From Lytechinus pictus (Eukaryota): a stretch of DNA of 64,000 nucleotides. Position numbers and translations under genes: made by a program. Every line of letters begins with the position of its first letter. Positions within the stretch are counted from its first letter, which is position 1. The stretch covers positions 24,740,001 to 24,804,000 of the forward strand of contig NC_087250.1 in NCBI RefSeq assembly GCF_037042905.1. The letters are read 5' to 3'. The notes under the pieces are model-generated. The model made no database searches. It was not told the origin of the DNA and worked only from the letters and a program-made list of their open reading frames with translations. This document shows, one piece after another, positions 1-12,721 of the stretch.

Positions 1-1621
1 GCCTGCAACTCTGCCGCTGCAATCGCCAAACAGAAGCCTAGCTCCAACTCCAATTAAACTTGGCAGCATGCTCCCATTTCTTAGACGGCACCATAATCAA
101 CATAATGCAGCTTTTCTGATTTCTGGTTTTAGGTTGGGTTTTTCATTGGGTTTCACAGGCGAGCGTCGCTCTGTGTTCTCGCGTAATTTGAAATCTGCTA
201 GGGAGCATAGGGACATGCTGTTGGAGAAAGTTGGTAAGGAAGTTAGTTTAGGGAGAATGTCGGGTCCTTTCCAAGACCCGCCTTTCGATAACTTTCGCTG
301 CTCCCCGGTAGGGCTCGTCCCCAAGCGAAATCCGGGAGAATTCCGTCTAATTCAGCATCTATCTTCTCCTCGGGGGGCTTCGGTTAATGACCACATTGAT
401 TCCGATTTGTGTTCCGTGAATTACACTTCATTTGACAAGGCGGTTGATCTCGTTGCTCGCTTGGGAGCTAGTGCTCTCATGGGAAAAACCGATATAAAAT
501 CCGCTTTTCGCTTACTACCAGTGAATCCCTCCGATTTTGACCTTCTGGGGTTTTGCATTGATGGCGCGTATTACTTTGATAAATGCTTGCCAATGGGCTG
601 CTCAATTTCATGTGCCCATTTTGAGCGTTTTAGCACTTTTCTTGAGTCATGTTGCCGTGAAATTGCGAATTCAGAGCAAATTTTGCATTATTTGGATGAT
701 TTCTTTTTTGTTGGCGCAACACGGCAGGAATGTCGTTCCTTGATGTATCATTTTAAGGCGATGTGCGAGGTTTTTGGCGTCCCGATAGCGGAGGAGAAGA
801 CTGAGGGGCCCGTTCCCACTATCATATTTGTAGGGCTTGAAATCGACGCGGCTGAGCAGAGAGTTCGGGTACCCAAGGAGAAAGTAAACGTGTTACAGGC
901 AATGCTCATTGATTTTGTTAAGAAAGATAAGCTCTCGTTGCGGCAGTTGCAGTCGCTAATTGGCAGCCTTAATTTCGTGTGTAAAGCCGTGGCTCCCGGA
1001 AGAGCCTTCCTAAGGAGACTTATCGATCTTACTAAAGGGGTCCGCACCTCAAACCACCGGATAAGGCTTTCACGCGGCGCAAAAGAGGACATGCAGGCCT
1101 GGCTTACGTTTCTGTCCGATTTCAATGGCACAGTTATGTTTTCACACTCAACATGGGTAACTAATGCTCATTTTCAGTTCTTTACTGACGCTGCGGGTAG
1201 CATTGGCTTTGGTATATCCTTCCAGGATAAGTGGGCTCAAGGGAAATGGCCAGCTGAAATACTGGAGAAGAATTATTCCATCGCTTTTCTAGAGCTTTTC
1301 CCAATAGTAGTCGGTATACGTATGTGGGGGGCTCTTCTAGCTAATTCTAAGGTCTTATTTTGGTCAGATAATCAAACAGTTGTTCATGTTGTTAATTCCT
1401 TAACTTCGAAATGTCCTAGTGTAATGAAACTGGTTCGTTTGCTTGTAGTTCTTTGTTTGGAACATAATATTATGTTCAAAGCACGTTACGTGCCAGGCTC
1501 TCGCAATGAAAAGGCTGATGCCCTCTCTCGTTTTCAGATGGACAGGTTTCGCAGGTTAGCACCAGGCGCAGATCTGGCTGGCAGCAAGCTTCCCGCCCAT
1601 CTTTGGAGCAGCTTCATATAG
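1..1621 (+). CDS. Reverse transcriptase-RNase H (pol) of the YR retrotransposon; frame is open from upstream, first ATG in window at 68
   Basis: RT motifs KTDIKSAF, LPMG, YLDD. RNase H motifs FTDA, LELFPI, SDN, ADALSR. No methyltransferase tail, as in the Ngaro group. Confidence 0.93.
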   Translation, partial: PATLPLQSPNRSLAPTPIKLGSMLPFLRRHHNQHNAAFLISGFRLGFSLGFTGERRSVFSRNLKSAREHRDMLLEKVGKEVSLGRMSGPFQDPPFDNFRCSPVGLVPKRNPGEFRLIQHLSSPRGASVNDHIDSDLCSVNYTSFDKAVDLVARLGASALMGKTDIKSAFRLLPVNPSDFDLLGFCIDGAYYFDKCLPMGCSISCAHFERFSTFLESCCREIANSEQILHYLDDFFFVGATRQECRSLMYHFKAMCEVFGVPIAEEKTEGPVPTIIFVGLEIDAAEQRVRVPKEKVNVLQAMLIDFVKKDKLSLRQLQSLIGSLNFVCKAVAPGRAFLRRLIDLTKGVRTSNHRIRLSRGAKEDMQAWLTFLSDFNGTVMFSHSTWVTNAHFQFFTDAAGSIGFGISFQDKWAQGKWPAEILEKNYSIAFLELFPIVVGIRMWGALLANSKVLFWSDNQTVVHVVNSLTSKCPSVMKLVRLLVVLCLEHNIMFKARYVPGSRNEKADALSRFQMDRFRRLAPGADLAGSKLPAHLWSSFI

Positions 1622-2523
1622 AGAGAGAGCATCTGTTGTTTTCTTCGCGGGCGCCCGGCACTCATCATACTTATAGGAACGCTTGGTCTGTGTTTAAGCA
1701 GTTTCGGCTGCAATATCATTATGATATAAGTATACGTCCTGACGTTGAGCAGGTCGCTCAATTTATTGCTTATCTCTCCTGGAATGGGTATGCGGGGGCA
1801 ACAATAAGTACATATATATCAGGCCTGGCTTTTACGATGCAAACATTGGGTTGGCCTGATGTGACTGACGCGTTTGTAATCCGGCGGCTGGTAGACGGGT
1901 GCAGGCGGAAAAATGCTCGCCGTGATACCCGGTGTCCCATAACCCTGCCTATTCTCAAATCCATCCTAAATTCATTGACTCACGTATGCGTTAATACGTA
2001 TGATCTGGCATTGTTTCGGGCTGCCTTTCTAATCGCTTTCTTTGGTTTTCTTCGAGTAGGGGAGTTCACGTCTCGATCTAGACATGAACCCGTTCCTTTA
2101 TCAGAAAAAGATGTTATTATTCAAGGGATGGGTAATCAAGCAAAATTGCGCATTGTGATTGCGAGGTCTAAAACAGATCAAACTGGACGTGGATGCTCGA
2201 TTTTAATTCCACAGAATGTTATTTCGTATTTATGCCCACTTCGCGCTGTAAATGATTACCTCGCTCTGCGGAGCTCGGTCGGCTCTGCCTTTTTCCGTCA
2301 CTTTGACTCGTCACCCCTAACGAGGCACCAATTTGGCCAAGTTTTAAAGCGTGCCATTAGTTTTTGCGGGCTACCCGTTGCTCATTTCTCTTCCCATTCT
2401 TTCCGTATTGGGGCGGCAACTTCTGCAGCCATGGCAGGTGTTCCCGATGTTTGCATTCAAAATATGGGGCGCTGGGCTTCCAACACACACAGATTGTATA
2501 TTCGACAACCTCTCCCCCCTTAA
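1603..2523 (+). CDS. Tyrosine recombinase (phage-integrase family) of the retrotransposon
   Basis: Catalytic set present: GFLRVGE (R), RSKTDQ (K), HSFRIG (HxxR), GRW, LYIR (Y). Overlaps the end of pol. Confidence 0.93.
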   Translation: MEQLHIEREHLLFSSRAPGTHHTYRNAWSVFKQFRLQYHYDISIRPDVEQVAQFIAYLSWNGYAGATISTYISGLAFTMQTLGWPDVTDAFVIRRLVDGCRRKNARRDTRCPITLPILKSILNSLTHVCVNTYDLALFRAAFLIAFFGFLRVGEFTSRSRHEPVPLSEKDVIIQGMGNQAKLRIVIARSKTDQTGRGCSILIPQNVISYLCPLRAVNDYLALRSSVGSAFFRHFDSSPLTRHQFGQVLKRAISFCGLPVAHFSSHSFRIGAATSAAMAGVPDVCIQNMGRWASNTHRLYIRQPLPP

Positions 2524-3439
2524 TTTAAGCAATTTTGCCAGTATGTTTATCACCCTTCTATGTTTAATACCAGTTTGTGCACAATTTAATATCGACCTAA
2601 TGTTTATTTGTTTTTGTTTTTTGACAACCCCTAACGAGCAGTAAATATTAACCTTACTCTCTCTCTCTCTCGCTTGTTGCCATGGTGACGCAATAGTTAT
2701 CTTACCCGTTAATAGTTCCATGGGCGCAGGCAGAATTGCTCGCCCACTGTTAGTAGATTGTGGTCTTTGCTACACTTATCGTGTTTATGGTAACTATGTA
2801 CCCCCCCCCCCCCCTTTTTAGAATGTACAATTGGTGCCGCTGTTTCTTTCCTTTTCTCTCTTCCATGTGCAGTTATTTGGAGTCTCAACGTGGGTTGTGT
2901 CAGCATTCCACGGAATCGTAAGAGAGGAAGGGGACAATTCACGTTTCGCTGACGCGGGCAGTCCCGCTCTAGTTGGGGGCGGGCCCTCACTACTCGGCAC
3001 GTGGCCGGGTCCTAAAACTCAATACATCCGCGAACAGGAGAACACTTGATTTCTTTGTCGCGGAGCGAAATCACTAGAGTAACAGCTGTTTTACCTCCGT
3101 CGAGGACTCGCTGGCTCGGACGTCGCGAACAGTTGGAACTTTTTTATGAGCAGATGTTATGACCTGAATACCTTATCCAGAACTCACACGTGGTTTCATC
3201 AGATCTCACGTCCTTACTACAAACTTCACTATTTACTGACTAAGCCCCGCCCCCCCCCCCGCCTCTCCTTTATCTTAGTGCACTAGACTCTTCGCAAGTG
3301 GACTGAATGAGCATGAATCCTCCTAGATGGTTTAATTGTGCGTCCCTGTTCGTTTAATGCACCCCCCCCCCCCTTTTCCCCGCTTCTTAGCGTGGACCTT
3401 GTAAATACAGCATGGTTTGAACTATTGGCATCATATTGT

Positions 3440-4651
3440 CCCACTGGGCAATTTGTTACCGATTACCAATTTTACCGGTTATTACCGGTAATATCACCCG
3501 GAAATTTGAGTAACACCAAATATTACCGTTATTACCATGCTATTACCGAAATTATAATTCCTGTTGATACCTGTTACTGTTATCACCCTGATGAAACCGA
3601 CATTTACCGAGTTACAACAGGGTGACGATGGGTAATAAGGGTAATGTTGAATGACTTTGATTGGTTATAACATTGCAAACTTTAGTAATAACAGTAATCT
3701 TACAGCAATCCCAGCGAAATTGTCAAAGTCCAAAAAATTACTGTTATCACCCTGATGAAACCAACATTTTACCCAGTTACAAACAGGTTGATAAGGGGTA
3801 ATGGGTAATGTTGAAGCGCTTCCATTCCCAGACAGCAAAGTATCTGGATCACATACGGTTCTTATCTGGGATATCTGGGTCCCATATGGGCCCACATGGA
3901 ACCCAGATGAAAACATATACTTGAACCCACATGGTGCCCAGATAGGACTCAGATGGAAACGAGCCCTCCAACCCATGCGGAACCCATTAATATTGGGTAA
4001 ATGGAGTAATATCAGATGGTAATATCAGGAAAATGCTGGGAATATTAGTTACTCATGAATATTCATTACTACAATAAATGGCCAAAATTTTAGCTAATAT
4101 AGCTGTAATAATTAATGTGTTTATGTTTATGCAATTATTCCACCCAGAAAATTTTCAGAAAAATGTGTAGTTTATATATCATATTAGTCATAATCATGAC
4201 ATTAATTTTAGAAAAATGTTTTAGGGTTGAATAATTGTTAACCATAATTTGTCAAGTGTTGTAAACTCGCTCAATATATAGAAGTAAATGACAGGGTTTG
4301 GTGGATAGGTGTAGGATAGGATTAGGATTAGGATGTAGGATTTTAGGATAGGATAAGATGATATGGCTTAGAGTATGGAGTTGTAAAAATGTGCTTCAAT
4401 GACCCTAATGACACTAATTGTTTTTTTAATGAGCCGACATTAATTGGGTAATATTGGGTAAACAGAGTAATATGAGGTGGTGATATCATTAAAATGCTGG
4501 AAATATCGGTTACATCATACTGGGTAATATTGGGTAAATGGAGTAATATCGGGTCCGGGTAATAACGGGGAAAGATTGGTCTACTATTTCCCCGTTACTA
4601 CCCACTGGTGTTACCGTGACCCGGGTAATATCGGGTAAAATGCCCAGTGGG
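3440..4651. mobile_element. Non-autonomous DNA transposon (CCC termini, CMC/EnSpm-like) inside the retroelement 3' region
   Basis: TIR CCCACTGGGCA at 3440-3450 and 4641-4651, GT duplicated on both flanks, many TTACC/GGTAA subterminal repeats. Removing it restores a 16-bp stem. Confidence 0.75.
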
Positions 4652-7600
4652 GTGTTGTGGCGGCGGGCTGACGATGAGTCATCCCGTTTGGCGGCATTCC
4701 ATTTTTTGCCACAACACATTATGATTCTTCACTTATTTTGGGCTTCCTGAGATAATATTTTTCATTTATTTAGACCAATTTCGTATATTCCACTCCTCAT
4801 GTTATAATGTGAACGGGGCTTGGTTCGTCACCCGATTTGGATGAGGCCACCAGCGAATTCCATTTCGGACCGAACATTAACGTTGCCTCGTTCACATTCT
4901 AGTTCAGGGCCGTTGGTGGGGCTTCTGAGCACTAGTTTCTGTTTTAAAAGTTTTCCTGCATAAGCTCGTGTTGCAAACGGGAATCTTTGCTTCGTAGCTT
5001 TGCAGATGGAATTTTACGTTGCCCACATTTGGCCAACATGACAAACTGGTGTCTTTGTCATGAATGTGGATGGACTGTTTTAATTGTCAATTGAGGAGAT
5101 TGGTTTAATAACTTTAATTTTTCGCATATGACACATCTCAGGAGGCTTTACGTTTATATTATTATGTTTTGATTGTTGCATTATATTATGTTGGCTTTAT
5201 TTGACAACACATCATTTTGCATTTTGGTTTACATCATTTGGATGATGCTTTTCAGAAACAATTTTTATTAAACTCCACGGAAAATGCATTTACTCGCCTC
5301 TCGTGTATTTTGTCTGGGTTGAGATAACCAGATTGCACAATTTTTCCTTTTACAGAAGGTACCTGAAAATTTGTTATACGTTATTTAGTAAAAATGACCA
5401 AATAGAAAAAATCCAGGGGCGGTATTCTGAGGTCATTTTATCTTTAGAATATTTTATTTTATCTCTTAAAATGAAATTGGTATTCTGAGATGACATTTTA
5501 TCTCTCAGATAAAATTTAAAATTTTATCTTGCGTATAAATTTTATCTTGCGTATCTATGATGATACGCAACAGAACAGTGGCTGCGTAGACATACCCATC
5601 GCGTATATGGACCAAGCCCCCGAAGCTACCGCCATTTTGTTTAATCCATTAGAAGCTAAAATAAGCCCTCATTAATATTAATTTCGTACGATGCTCCCTC
5701 GTCAACTGTGGTTTTGTACGTGTATTGCGCACATCAGCGCAATGACAAAGGTCAACTTGGCAAATTCATTAATGTATTCATTTTGTTACGCGCTCGTTAC
5801 GCGAAGGATTCAGCGAATCAAGCAAGCGCAAATCTGAGACGATACGTTGCGCTCTATAAAGTATCGATATCACAAGCGATATCACTTAAAAACAAAGCAT
5901 TGTTTGTATTGCGTCTTATAGGCCTTTGCTAATTCCAAAAGGGAAGATGAAAAGAGTAGATCAAGTCGTGATTAGAGAGGTCTCTACAGCTTTTGCCACC
6001 CCTAAATCGTAGTTACCATACTTGTAACTCATGATGAAACGGGCCCCAATTTATCATGTTTAATACGTTTCCTGTCCCCTTTATTCTCCAGCATTTCTTA
6101 CTCTGTTTTTTTTTTCCATTTAATCATTTTCCCACTCAAAATTCTTTTGTGCCGCCTTTCTCCTACATTATGTAGAGCTCATTTTCAAAAGGGGTTAGGT
6201 CCATTTTTCACCAAACTTGATTTTTATGTCTTAATGTATAGATTTTTAGTAGCTATATAAGATGATACCATAGAAAAGTTGAAATTCCTATTAAAAAGTG
6301 AACTAATATGGCAAAGAAAAATCACCTTTTTTTCAAAAGGGGTTAGGTCCATTTCAGTTTAGTTGCTAAAGGGGTTAGGTCCACACAGACTTTTTTGGAA
6401 ATAATATCTTTAAAAATATGAAGACAAGTAGATATCTTTTATACACAATTTTATGTTCTCATGGTAGGGTATCATGAAAATTCAGTTTCGCATAAGAATA
6501 TTGCAATATGGGAGAATTAAAAAAAAATATAGGATTAATTACATTATCTACACTTAAGTCATAATATACAATGTTTATTAAAATTTCATTCAAAAGATGT
6601 CGATGAGCCTAATAGTTAATATGAGCGATGCATCCAGGATTTCATAAAAAGAGCATAAAAATCTGTGATATTCTGTTTATTTTTTCCACAAAAGTTTGTA
6701 ACTAAAAAAAAAATGGTAAATTCCTTTCAAATTTGCTGACAAGAAATAATCTACTGGTGTGAGAGCACTCCTCATAAAAAAAAGGGGGGCATAATTCCAG
6801 AATCTCCCTAAAGAGTGCCTTTCCCAATCAATACATTAGTGAATCATTCTCAAAATCTAATATTGTCTACTGTCACTGTGGTTAGAATTCAATCTATTTT
6901 TTTGAAATATAGTCTATTTATATATTTTTGCAGAGGTAACCCATTTCAAAACTTTTTAAAAAGTAAGATAACAATAAATGCAACTTAATATCCATGCATA
7001 ATTATTCAAGCATTATGAAGACTTGCAATCATGGTAACTTTGCCCAAACCCATTGCAGCTACCATAAAAACCTTGATTTCTTGCTCAGCCCTGTTACCAT
7101 GGTAATTGTCATAATGACAAGATTACAATAGTAATAACTTGTTTATGAAATGAGGTCCAATATACTAACATTATTTCTTAATCCTCTGATCACCTTTATT
7201 AACATTTATCTTTGCATGATTTTTATTTCAAAATATAAATTTTTGCCTTGTATACAATAGGCCTTTAAACTGGAAATTATATTTAATGTCATATAAACTA
7301 CTGAGAACTAGTAGAAGTATTAAATATCAATAAAAGGTGATACATTTGCCCATTGAAAAAAAAAAAAATTGTACTTGTATTTTGTGTGAAATTTTGTATA
7401 CCGGTACTTTAATGTCATTGCCCGTTGATGAACCTGAACTTGTACTGCACTCTATTCTACAGATGTGCAGTTTAAAGCACAATCAATGCTTTGTTGATAT
7501 ATCTATTCAAATTAATTCATTTTTTAATGTGTTTAATTGCAATGAAGTTACTACTTTTGATTAACTTGGCCTTCATATTTCTTCCGTCTTGGCACTTGTT

Positions 7601-9677
7601 GTGGTACCGGTGTACTGGTACTTAAACAGCTTGGGAAGTGGGAAACCTGCACGGTAAAAAAATATAGAAAATAATAAAATGAGCTGCTGATGTAAATTAT
7701 TCTCACTCATCATGTCCAGTTTATTAAGAAGATTTAAACACTATTTAATACTCTTCAGTGTTAAAACACGTTTAGCACATGTAGTCACTTTTCTCCTACA
7801 TCCAGACAAATTTATAGATCAAATATTTATCAGATGATAACTTAATATCATGTTTTTATGTACATGTACAAGTACATAGACAGAAGGTATAGATAATTAG
7901 TATGCATTGGTGAAAATGGAAATACTGGTGAATTTGAATTCAAGCAAATATCAACTCTCAATGGAGCTTTAATTTTACATGATATCTTATCTTGGTTCAG
8001 CTCAATTGGCCATAGCCCCCCTCCCCAGGGGGGATATTTATTTATTTAGACTTTTTTTTTGGGGGGTGATGAGCTTAGATATAGCCTGTATTATTATTAA
8101 AACAACAAAGATTGTAACTCACACTTGCTGATCTGCATGGTTCTCACTTTTGTCTTTCTGACTGGGTGTGAACTGCTAAGAACTTGGTCCCATTGGATCT
8201 GCAAATTAAATTTTTTTTACAGTCGAGAGTTTTAGAGGAGATAAATAAAATTACTCTTCTTAAACAATATTTTAAAAATTTCCAGCTGCCCATATCCTTG
8301 GCCTATGAATATTCCAAACTAGAAAAAATATCTGGTCCAAAAACTTCATTCTCTCTCGATCATGAAGTTTCACAGAGAGGCATACCAGGTACCTGACTGT
8401 TTATTAAAGTAAAATGATTCCAACCACATATTGCTCCAGCTGTATAGCTGAATCAGGACCTGGTCTATGCTGGTCCTGTATATAACTAAAGAATCACATC
8501 ACATTTGAATGAAGTAAACACTAAGAACATTTTTTTAATACCACCCCAGACCAGGCCTAGGCTAGGGCATCCTGTTCAAATAGAAACTTGATTTACGTCT
8601 AGGACTAGGCCAAGCCATTTCATTCAAATCTAACAAATCAATTGGATTTCAACACTGATTACTCTGAAGTAAAAAGTTTCTGAATAAACGAATCTGCTGA
8701 GAATTTCCCTATACTTATTCATATGAAGATGAAATAGCGGGGACGGACTAGGCCTAAACTTCAACTTTCAAGCTTGAAGTTTGGGCCTAAAGGCAAAGCC
8801 GCCTAACGTAGTCCGCCCCCGCTATTTTCATACACCATGACATCGACCATCTCGCTAGCCGGCTAGCACCGGCGATATCATCAAAGGCCAGATCCCGCTC
8901 TGACCAAAATTGACAGTTTGTCGTTACTAAAACATTTTTACTAAATAACGTATAACAAATTTTCAGGTACCTTCTGTAAAAGGAAAAATTGTGCAATCTG
9001 GTTATCTCAACCCAGACAAAATACACGAGAGGCGAGTAAATGCATTTTCCGTGGAGTTTAATAAAAATTGTTTCTGAAAAGCATCATCCAAATGATGTAA
9101 ACCAAAATGCAAAATGATGTGTTGTCAAATAAAGCCAACATAATATAATGCAACAATCAAAACATAATAATATAAACGTAAAGCCTCCTGAGATGTGTCA
9201 TATGCGAAAAATTAAAGTTATTAAACCAATCTCCTCAATTGACAATTAAAACAGTCCATCCACATTCATGACAAAGACACCAGTTTGTCATGTTGGCCAA
9301 ATGTGGGCAACGTAAAATTCCATCTGCAAAGCTACGAAGCAAAGATTCCCGTTTGCAACACGAGCTTATGCAGGAAAACTTTTAAAACAGAAACTAGTGC
9401 TCAGAAGCCCCACCAACGGCCCTGAACTAGAATGTGAACGAGGCAACGTTAATGTTCGGTCCGAAATGGAATTCGCTGGTGGCCTCATCCAAATCGGGTG
9501 ACGAACCAAGCCCCGTTCACATTATAACATGAGGAGTGGAATATACGAAATTGGTCTAAATAAATGAAAAATATTATCTCAGGAAGCCCAAAATAAGTGA
9601 AGAATCATAATGTGTTGTGGCAAAAAATGGAATGCCGCCAAACGGGATGACTCATCGTCAGCCCGCCGCCACAACAC

Positions 9678-10889
9678 CCCACTGGGCATTTTACCCGATA
9701 TTACCCGGGTCACGGTAACACCAGTGGGTAGTAACGGGGAAATAGTAGACCAATCTTTCCCCGTTATTACCCGGACCCGATATTACTCCATTTACCCAAT
9801 ATTACCCAGTATGATGTAACCGATATTTCCAGCATTTTAATGATATCACCACCTCATATTACTCTGTTTACCCAATATTACCCAATTAATGTCGGCTCAT
9901 TAAAAAAACAATTAGTGTCATTAGGGTCATTGAAGCACATTTTTACAACTCCATACTCTAAGCCATATCATCTTATCCTATCCTAAAATCCTACATCCTA
10001 ATCCTAATCCTATCCTACACCTATCCACCAAACCCTGTCATTTACTTCTATATATTGAGCGAGTTTACAACACTTGACAAATTATGGTTAACAATTATTC
10101 AACCCTAAAACATTTTTCTAAAATTAATGTCATGATTATGACTAATATGATATATAAACTACACATTTTTCTGAAAATTTTCTGGGTGGAATAATTGCAT
10201 AAACATAAACACATTAATTATTACAGCTATATTAGCTAAAATTTTGGCCATTTATTGTAGTAATGAATATTCATGAGTAACTAATATTCCCAGCATTTTC
10301 CTGATATTACCATCTGATATTACTCCATTTACCCAATATTAATGGGTTCCGCATGGGTTGGAGGGCTCGTTTCCATCTGAGTCCTATCTGGGCACCATGT
10401 GGGTTCAAGTATATGTTTTCATCTGGGTTCCATGTGGGCCCATATGGGACCCAGATATCCCAGATAAGAACCGTATGTGATCCAGATACTTTGCTGTCTG
10501 GGAATGGAAGCGCTTCAACATTACCCATTACCCCTTATCAACCTGTTTGTAACTGGGTAAAATGTTGGTTTCATCAGGGTGATAACAGTAATTTTTTGGA
10601 CTTTGACAATTTCGCTGGGATTGCTGTAAGATTACTGTTATTACTAAAGTTTGCAATGTTATAACCAATCAAAGTCATTCAACATTACCCTTATTACCCA
10701 TCGTCACCCTGTTGTAACTCGGTAAATGTCGGTTTCATCAGGGTGATAACAGTAACAGGTATCAACAGGAATTATAATTTCGGTAATAGCATGGTAATAA
10801 CGGTAATATTTGGTGTTACTCAAATTTCCGGGTGATATTACCGGTAATAACCGGTAAAATTGGTAATCGGTAACAAATTGCCCAGTGGG
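9678..10889. mobile_element. CMC/EnSpm-like non-autonomous insertion, same as 3440-4651
   Basis: Mirror copy with the same TIRs and 2-bp duplication. Confidence 0.75.
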
Positions 10890-11800
10890 ACAATATGATG
10901 CCAATAGTTCAAACCATGCTGTATTTACAAGGTCCACGCTAAGAAGCGGGGAAAAGGGGGGGGGGTGCATTAAACGAACAGGGACGCACAATTAAACCAT
11001 CTAGGAGGATTCATGCTCATTCAGTCCACTTGCGAAGAGTCTAGTGCACTAAGATAAAGGAGAGGCGGGGGGGGGGCGGGGCTTAGTCAGTAAATAGTGA
11101 AGTTTGTAGTAAGGACGTGAGATCTGATGAAACCACGTGTGAGTTCTGGATAAGGTATTCAGGTCATAACATCTGCTCATAAAAAAGTTCCAACTGTTCG
11201 CGACGTCCGAGCCAGCGAGTCCTCGACGGAGGTAAAACAGCTGTTACTCTAGTGATTTCGCTCCGCGACAAAGAAATCAAGTGTTCTCCTGTTCGCGGAT
11301 GTATTGAGTTTTAGGACCCGGCCACGTGCCGAGTAGTGAGGGCCCGCCCCCAACTAGAGCGGGACTGCCCGCGTCAGCGAAACGTGAATTGTCCCCTTCC
11401 TCTCTTACGATTCCGTGGAATGCTGACACAACCCACGTTGAGACTCCAAATAACTGCACATGGAAGAGAGAAAAGGAAAGAAACAGCGGCACCAATTGTA
11501 CATTCTAAAAAGGGGGGGGGGGGTACATAGTTACCATAAACACGATAAGTGTAGCAAAGACCACAATCTACTAACAGTGGGCGAGCAATTCTGCCTGCGC
11601 CCATGGAACTATTAACGGGTAAGATAACTATTGCGTCACCATGGCAACAAGCGAGAGAGAGAGAGAGTAAGGTTAATATTTACTGCTCGTTAGGGGTTGT
11701 CAAAAAACAAAAACAAATAAACATTAGGTCGATATTAAATTGTGCACAAACTGGTATTAAACATAGAAGGGTGATAAACATACTGGCAAAATTGCTTAAA

Positions 11801-12721
11801 TTAAGGGGGGAGAGGTTGTCGAATATACAATCTGTGTGTGTTGGAAGCCCAGCGCCCCATATTTTGAATGCAAACATCGGGAACACCTGCCATGGCTGCA
11901 GAAGTTGCCGCCCCAATACGGAAAGAATGGGAAGAGAAATGAGCAACGGGTAGCCCGCAAAAACTAATGGCACGCTTTAAAACTTGGCCAAATTGGTGCC
12001 TCGTTAGGGGTGACGAGTCAAAGTGACGGAAAAAGGCAGAGCCGACCGAGCTCCGCAGAGCGAGGTAATCATTTACAGCGCGAAGTGGGCATAAATACGA
12101 AATAACATTCTGTGGAATTAAAATCGAGCATCCACGTCCAGTTTGATCTGTTTTAGACCTCGCAATCACAATGCGCAATTTTGCTTGATTACCCATCCCT
12201 TGAATAATAACATCTTTTTCTGATAAAGGAACGGGTTCATGTCTAGATCGAGACGTGAACTCCCCTACTCGAAGAAAACCAAAGAAAGCGATTAGAAAGG
12301 CAGCCCGAAACAATGCCAGATCATACGTATTAACGCATACGTGAGTCAATGAATTTAGGATGGATTTGAGAATAGGCAGGGTTATGGGACACCGGGTATC
12401 ACGGCGAGCATTTTTCCGCCTGCACCCGTCTACCAGCCGCCGGATTACAAACGCGTCAGTCACATCAGGCCAACCCAATGTTTGCATCGTAAAAGCCAGG
12501 CCTGATATATATGTACTTATTGTTGCCCCCGCATACCCATTCCAGGAGAGATAAGCAATAAATTGAGCGACCTGCTCAACGTCAGGACGTATACTTATAT
12601 CATAATGATATTGCAGCCGAAACTGCTTAAACACAGACCAAGCGTTCCTATAAGTATGATGAGTGCCGGGCGCCCGCGAAGAAAACAACAGATGCTCTCT
12701 CTCTATATGAAGCTGCTCCAA
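11801..12721 (-). CDS. Tyrosine recombinase (copy 2)
   Basis: Protein identical to 1603-2523; R-K-HxxR-W-Y residues intact. Confidence 0.93.
   Translation of the reverse strand: MEQLHIEREHLLFSSRAPGTHHTYRNAWSVFKQFRLQYHYDISIRPDVEQVAQFIAYLSWNGYAGATISTYISGLAFTMQTLGWPDVTDAFVIRRLVDGCRRKNARRDTRCPITLPILKSILNSLTHVCVNTYDLALFRAAFLIAFFGFLRVGEFTSRSRHEPVPLSEKDVIIQGMGNQAKLRIVIARSKTDQTGRGCSILIPQNVISYLCPLRAVNDYLALRSSVGSAFFRHFDSSPLTRHQFGQVLKRAISFCGLPVAHFSSHSFRIGAATSAAMAGVPDVCIQNMGRWASNTHRLYIRQPLPP

Larger units (their letters stand above)
1..5396 (+). mobile_element. Ngaro/DIRS-group YR retrotransposon, copy 1 (5' part lies outside the window)
   Basis: Reverse complement of 8933-14323. Carries the RT-RNase H and YR ORFs and the long 3' region. 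Confidence 0.9.

Noticed and set aside
1603..2523. Prophage or bacterial integrase, or retron-like system
   Set aside because: Overlapping gag-RT/RH-YR layout in intron-rich DNA identifies a eukaryotic YR retrotransposon.
11122..11170. CTGATGA as a hammerhead core in the retroelement (also 3588 and 3752)
   Set aside because: No stem II followed by GAAA in the right geometry.
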